Shown here in pieces: positions 26,881-32,000 of a stretch of 32,000 bases of DNA. The notes under the pieces are model-generated. The model saw only the letters and a list, made by a program, of their open reading frames with translations, was not told where the DNA came from and searched no databases. Location: contig NC_006576.1 in the NCBI RefSeq assembly GCF_000010065.1, forward strand, positions 960,001 through 992,000, given 5' to 3'. Numbering within the stretch: position 1 is the first letter of the stretch; the number at the start of each line of letters is the position of its first letter. This stretch comes from Synechococcus elongatus PCC 6301 (GTDB taxonomy: Bacteria; Cyanobacteriota; Cyanobacteriia; Synechococcales; Synechococcaceae). Both the position numbers and the translations under genes were made by a program.

Positions 26881-28647
26881 TTAAGCGCAGAGTTCCTCCA
26901 ACTGTTGACGCTCCCAAAGGCTGCGATAGAGTCCTTCCGTCGCTAACAGTTCACGATGCGATCCGCTCTGAACTAAATGACCACGATCGAGCACCAAAAT
27001 GCGATCGGCCGTTGCGGCAGCAGCTAACTGGTGTGAGATGAAGATCACGGTTCTCTGGCGATCGCGATCGCCATTCAAAGCCTGCAGAATTTGCGTTGCT
27101 GTTTGGTTGTCGACACTCGCTAAAGCATCATCCAAGATCAGAACCGGCGCTTGCAGCAACAAGGCGCGGGCCAAGGCCGTGCGCTGACGTTGACCACCCG
27201 AAAGCGTAATCCCCCGCTCACCCACTAAGGTGTCGTAGCGACGCGGGAAATTGAGAATTTCGCGATCGATTTGTGCCTGTTGAGCGGCGGCAATAATCTC
27301 GGCTTCACTGACCTCAGGATTGCCGTAGCGAATGTTGTCGCGAATCGGCAAGCTGAAGAGAAAACTATCCTGCGGCACGTAGGCGATCGCGCGGCGCAGG
27401 CTATTCAGTGATAGCTGCGTAATGTCCAACCCATCTAAGAAAATGCTGTCAGTCGGAACATCCAGCAAACGGGGCAAAGCGTTGGCTAGCGTTGATTTAC
27501 CCGAACCAATCGGCCCAACAATCGCGATCGTTTCGCCAGGCTGAACCATGAAACTGATATTTGAGAGCGCGGGTTGAGGCTGGCCCGGATAGTGAATCGT
27601 GAGTCCATCCACTTTAATCGCACCAGTCAACTCAGAAGGCGGCACCACCAAGGCTTCAGGAACATCTTGGATCAGCGGTGGATGCTGGAGAATTTCTTCA
27701 ATGCGATCGACGCTGACTTCACCACGCTGAAAAGCGGTAATCGTAAAGCCGAGTAATGCCGTCGGGAAGACCAGTCGCTCGACGTAGAGAATCAAAGCAA
27801 TTAAGTCGCCCACCGTAATGCGATTGCCTTCGATCGCTTGTCCTCCCAGCCAGAGCAAAATCAACAGGCTAAAGCTAGCTAAACCTTCTAAGAGTGGAAA
27901 GAGAACGTTTCGAGTTTTTGTGAGCTTGAGGTTCGATTTCAGCAGCTTTTGATTCAGTCGACCAAAAGCTGCTCTTTCGTTCGATTCTTGCGCATAGATT
28001 TTGATCAGCGAAATGCCACTCATATCCTCTTGGATCAGCTGGCTAATCTCCGATAGCTCCTCCTGCACATCCTGCTGTTCTTGCCGCAGTCGCTGACTAA
28101 AGAGTTGAACCAGTAGCAACAGAATTGGATAGACTGCCAACGCTGCCAAACTGAGCAGGGGATCGATTGCCAGCATCAAGGGCAACGTCAGCACGTAGGC
28201 AAAGATTGTGTTGACCAGACTGAGAACCGCAAAACCGACCAAGCGGCGAATACTTTCCACATCACTGGTGGCGCGGTTGATCAAATCTCCCAGCGGCATA
28301 TTGGCGAAATAGGTGGGTTCGAGCCGCAGCAAATGTTCAAATAGACGCTGCTTGAGATCGAACTCCACCTTGCGGCCTACCCCAAAGAGCAAAACCCGCG
28401 AGGCCATGCGGATCACCCACATGACCGAGGCTAGCCCCAAAATCAGAGCGCTATAGCGAACGACGTCCCCAAAGCCCAGGCCGTCTTGGACGTCATCGAC
28501 GCAAGTTCGAATCAGCAGGGGCAGAACGACACCCACTCCATTGACCGCCAGCAGCGCCACAATGCCCAGAACGGCAGGCCGCCAATAGGGACGAATGTAT
28601 TGCCCCAGCATGGCGAGGCGTTGGCGCGAAGAAAACGAAACGGACAT
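26881..28647 (-). CDS. ABC exporter, fused permease plus ATP-binding protein (MsbA/MdlB-like)
   Basis: 588 aa with a six-TM N-terminal half. Walker A GPIGSGKST, signature LSGGQRQRTALARAL, Walker B VLILDDALASVD, H-loop ISHQL. Confidence 0.88.
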   Translation of the reverse strand: MSVSFSSRQRLAMLGQYIRPYWRPAVLGIVALLAVNGVGVVLPLLIRTCVDDVQDGLGFGDVVRYSALILGLASVMWVIRMASRVLLFGVGRKVEFDLKQRLFEHLLRLEPTYFANMPLGDLINRATSDVESIRRLVGFAVLSLVNTIFAYVLTLPLMLAIDPLLSLAALAVYPILLLLVQLFSQRLRQEQQDVQEELSEISQLIQEDMSGISLIKIYAQESNERAAFGRLNQKLLKSNLKLTKTRNVLFPLLEGLASFSLLILLWLGGQAIEGNRITVGDLIALILYVERLVFPTALLGFTITAFQRGEVSVDRIEEILQHPPLIQDVPEALVVPPSELTGAIKVDGLTIHYPGQPQPALSNISFMVQPGETIAIVGPIGSGKSTLANALPRLLDVPTDSIFLDGLDITQLSLNSLRRAIAYVPQDSFLFSLPIRDNIRYGNPEVSEAEIIAAAQQAQIDREILNFPRRYDTLVGERGITLSGGQRQRTALARALLLQAPVLILDDALASVDNQTATQILQALNGDRDRQRTVIFISHQLAAAATADRILVLDRGHLVQSGSHRELLATEGLYRSLWERQQLEELCA

Positions 28648-28782
28648 CCACAGCTCGATGACGGCAACCTGTTGATCCTAGCGATCGCCGGCGGGGATGC
28701 TTGGAAAATGTGCCCCAGCGAACTCGACAAGCCGGGGTGGATGGTTTCTTACTTGCGGCAATGAGCCAGTTCGATCGGTGAC

Positions 28783-28902
28783 TTAGCCGGATTTGCGATC
28801 GCTGCGCCAAATGCCGTAGCAAGCAATCAAAAACAGGATGAACAGAGGAGCGACCCCCAAGAGATCGCTCCAATTGCCATCCGTGGTGGCGAGAGGCAGC
28901 AC
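28783..28902 (-). CDS. Candidate 39-codon membrane sORF translationally abutting eno (below the ORF-track size cutoff)
   Basis: The GTG at 28902-28900 directly follows the eno TAG (28905-28903). I translated it base by base: (M)LPLATTDGNWSDLLGVAPLFILFLIACYGIWRSDRKSG, with stop TAA at 28785-28783. It has one TM helix followed by a basic tail. Confidence 0.3.
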   Translation of the reverse strand: MLPLATTDGNWSDLLGVAPLFILFLIACYGIWRSDRKSG

Positions 28903-30282
<1,380 letters not shown>

Positions 30283-30408
30283 CTAGGACATCGGTTAGGC
30301 CGTTACAAATCATACCGGCTCACCTTTCAGGCTTCTGCGTTGCAGCGATCGCGGCCCACTTCCTTCCACAATGGGAAGAACGCCAATCTCAGCCGGAGGC
30401 ACGACCTG

Positions 30409-30822
30409 ATGCGACTACTGCATACGATGCTGCGAGTCGGGGATCTGGAGCGATCGCTACAGTTTTACTGCGAGATCCTGGGCATGCAGTTGCTGCGGCG
30501 CAAGGACTACCCCGGTGGGGAATTTACGCTGGCCTTTGTGGGCTACGGCGAAGAAGCAGACCACACCGTCCTCGAGCTCACCTACAACTGGGGCAAAGAG
30601 CAATACGAGCTGGGCGATGCCTACGGTCACATTGCGATCGGCGTCGACGACATTTACGCCACCTGCGAAGCGATTCGCGCCAGAGGCGGCAAAATTAGCC
30701 GCGAGCCCGGCCCCATGAAACATGGCAGCACCGTGATTGCCTTTGTTGAAGATCCCGATGGCTACAAAGTCGAATTAATTCAAACCGGGACTTCTGGCGC
30801 CAGCGCCCAGCCCGCCGCCTAA
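30409..30822 (+). CDS. gloA: Lactoylglutathione lyase (glyoxalase I)
   Basis: [26 protein letters not shown]...[16 protein letters not shown]...GYKVELIQ. The ATG at 30409 is preceded by GGAGG (30395-30399). Confidence 0.9.
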   Translation: MRLLHTMLRVGDLERSLQFYCEILGMQLLRRKDYPGGEFTLAFVGYGEEADHTVLELTYNWGKEQYELGDAYGHIAIGVDDIYATCEAIRARGGKISREPGPMKHGSTVIAFVEDPDGYKVELIQTGTSGASAQPAA

Positions 30823-30909
30823 GCTTTGAGTCGCGATCGCCAGCCTCAGCCCACCTGAGATAGTGGAACCGGAGCGATCGCTCGCCCACCCGTCAGTTTT
30901 AGAGTTTCC

Positions 30910-32000
30910 ATGCAGCCCACCGACCCCAATCGTTTTACAGACCAAGCCTGGGATGCGATCGTCGAATCGCAAACTGTGGCTCGCCAACTGCGGCAACAGC
31001 AGCTGGAAGTGGAGCACGTCCTCCTGGCCTTGCTCGATCAGGAGTCGGGGGTAGCTGCAGAAATTTTGGCGAAAGCAGGGGTGGCAGTTGCCAACCTGCG
31101 GCAACCCCTCGAAGACTTTGCACGACGGCAGCCTCGCAATGCCTCGGGTACGCAGCTCTACCTAGGACGCGGCCTCGATCGCCTGCTGGACTTAGCAGAA
31201 CGGGCGCGAGAACTCTGGCAAGACGAGTTCATCGGCGTTGAGCATTTGCTGATGGGCTTCGTGGAGGACGATCGCATCGGTCGTCGCTTGGCGCAGGGTC
31301 TCAAACTCGATGCCAAAACACTCGAGACAACGATTCAAGCGTTGCGATCGCCCGCTGCCGATGAGGCTGAAGCAGAAGAGAGCGAACCCAGCTATCCCTT
31401 CCTCAGCAAGTACGGTCGCGATCTGACAGCGCTGGCGGAACAGGAAAAACTCGATCCGGTGATTGGCCGTGATCTGGAAATTCGTCGCGTCATTCAAGTG
31501 CTATCGCGGCGCAGTAAGAACAATCCCGTCCTGATTGGTGAACCGGGTGTCGGCAAAACTGCGATCGCCGAAGGCTTGGCCCAGCGGATTGTTGCCGGTG
31601 AAGTACCGGATTCGCTCAAGCAACGGCGGCTGATCAGCCTCGATATGGGTTCCCTGATTGCTGGTGCCAAATATCGCGGTGAGTTCGAGGAGCGGCTGCG
31701 GGCAGTTCTGCACGAGGTCACCCACTCCGATGGCCAAATGGTGCTGTTCATCGACGAGCTACACACCGTCGTCGGAGCTGGGGCAGGTCAGCAAGGCAGC
31801 GCCATGGATGCGGGCAACCTGCTCAAGCCGATGCTGGCGCGGGGCGAATTGCGCTGCATTGGCGCGACAACGACCGATGAATATCGCCGCACGATCGAGA
31901 AGGATCCAGCCCTCGAACGACGCTTCCAACAGGTCTACGTCAGCCAGCCCAGCGTCGAAGACACGATCGCAATTCTGCGCGGCCTCAAGGAACGCTACGA
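30910..32000 (+). CDS. clpB: ClpB/Hsp104-family AAA+ disaggregase. The 3' end runs off the window, and the gene is absent from the ORF track because no stop lies in the window.
   Basis: Manual translation from ATG 30910: [27 protein letters not shown]...[47 protein letters not shown]...[14 protein letters not shown]...[16 protein letters not shown] did not determine which clpB paralogue this is. Confidence 0.93.
   Translation, partial: MQPTDPNRFTDQAWDAIVESQTVARQLRQQQLEVEHVLLALLDQESGVAAEILAKAGVAVANLRQPLEDFARRQPRNASGTQLYLGRGLDRLLDLAERARELWQDEFIGVEHLLMGFVEDDRIGRRLAQGLKLDAKTLETTIQALRSPAADEAEAEESEPSYPFLSKYGRDLTALAEQEKLDPVIGRDLEIRRVIQVLSRRSKNNPVLIGEPGVGKTAIAEGLAQRIVAGEVPDSLKQRRLISLDMGSLIAGAKYRGEFEERLRAVLHEVTHSDGQMVLFIDELHTVVGAGAGQQGSAMDAGNLLKPMLARGELRCIGATTTDEYRRTIEKDPALERRFQQVYVSQPSVEDTIAILRGLKERY

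Noticed and set aside
28493-28873. 126-aa minus-strand ORF between eno and the ABC exporter (and 28486..28764 +, 28512..28730 -)
   Set aside because: It overlaps the 5' end of the ABC exporter gene out of frame and is Arg/Ser/Cys-rich. The short 39-codon frame abutting eno is the more protein-like reading of this spacer.

Overview
The window is a cyanobacterial chromosomal segment. The octamer GCGATCGC (HIP1) is very dense: I counted 9 copies in the first 2 kb, and there are several overlapping GCGATCGCGATCGC doublets. From memory only (no search was run), the protein sequences and gene order match Synechococcus elongatus PCC 7942/6301, roughly the Synpcc7942_0637-0663 neighbourhood in reverse orientation. 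Almost everything is ordinary core genome. In order: a CHASE2/class III nucleotide cyclase (runs off the left edge), a FecR-domain protein, a repeat protein, tyrA, a degenerate DinG-like protein, two small ORFs, psbD-psbC (overlapping), ycf4, a cyclophilin, a CruP-like flavoprotein, priA, a GNAT, rpoD1, an L,D-transpeptidase, hemL, cikA, an Atx1-like HMA protein, a Tat-signal PrxQ, sdhA, an ABC exporter, eno, gloA and clpB (runs off the right edge). Two genes have no stop codon in the window and so are missing from the ORF track: the cyclase on the minus strand (1-1894) and clpB on the plus strand (30910 onward). The one clear anomaly is a segment of about 1 kb (18105-19132) with about 37% GC and no HIP1, lying between rpoD1 and the L,D-transpeptidase. 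It carries a single orphan gene for a cytoplasmic trypsin-fold serine protease with an intact His/Asp/Ser triad. It has no partner gene and no mobility gene. This is my best candidate for something acquired and uncharacterised, possibly a single-gene defence or toxin-like effector, but that function is inference only. Smaller observations:
- an unannotated 39-codon membrane sORF that starts directly after the enolase stop codon
- loss of ATPase motifs in the DinG-like protein
- a conserved-looking FecR/CHASE2 sensory module with a W-periodic repeat protein
- a terminator-like hairpin in the rpoD1 leader
- convergent 3' gene overlap (CruP-like gene and priA)
- probable non-ATG or internal starts for several genes
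I found no CRISPR array, tRNA, rRNA, IS element or integrase.
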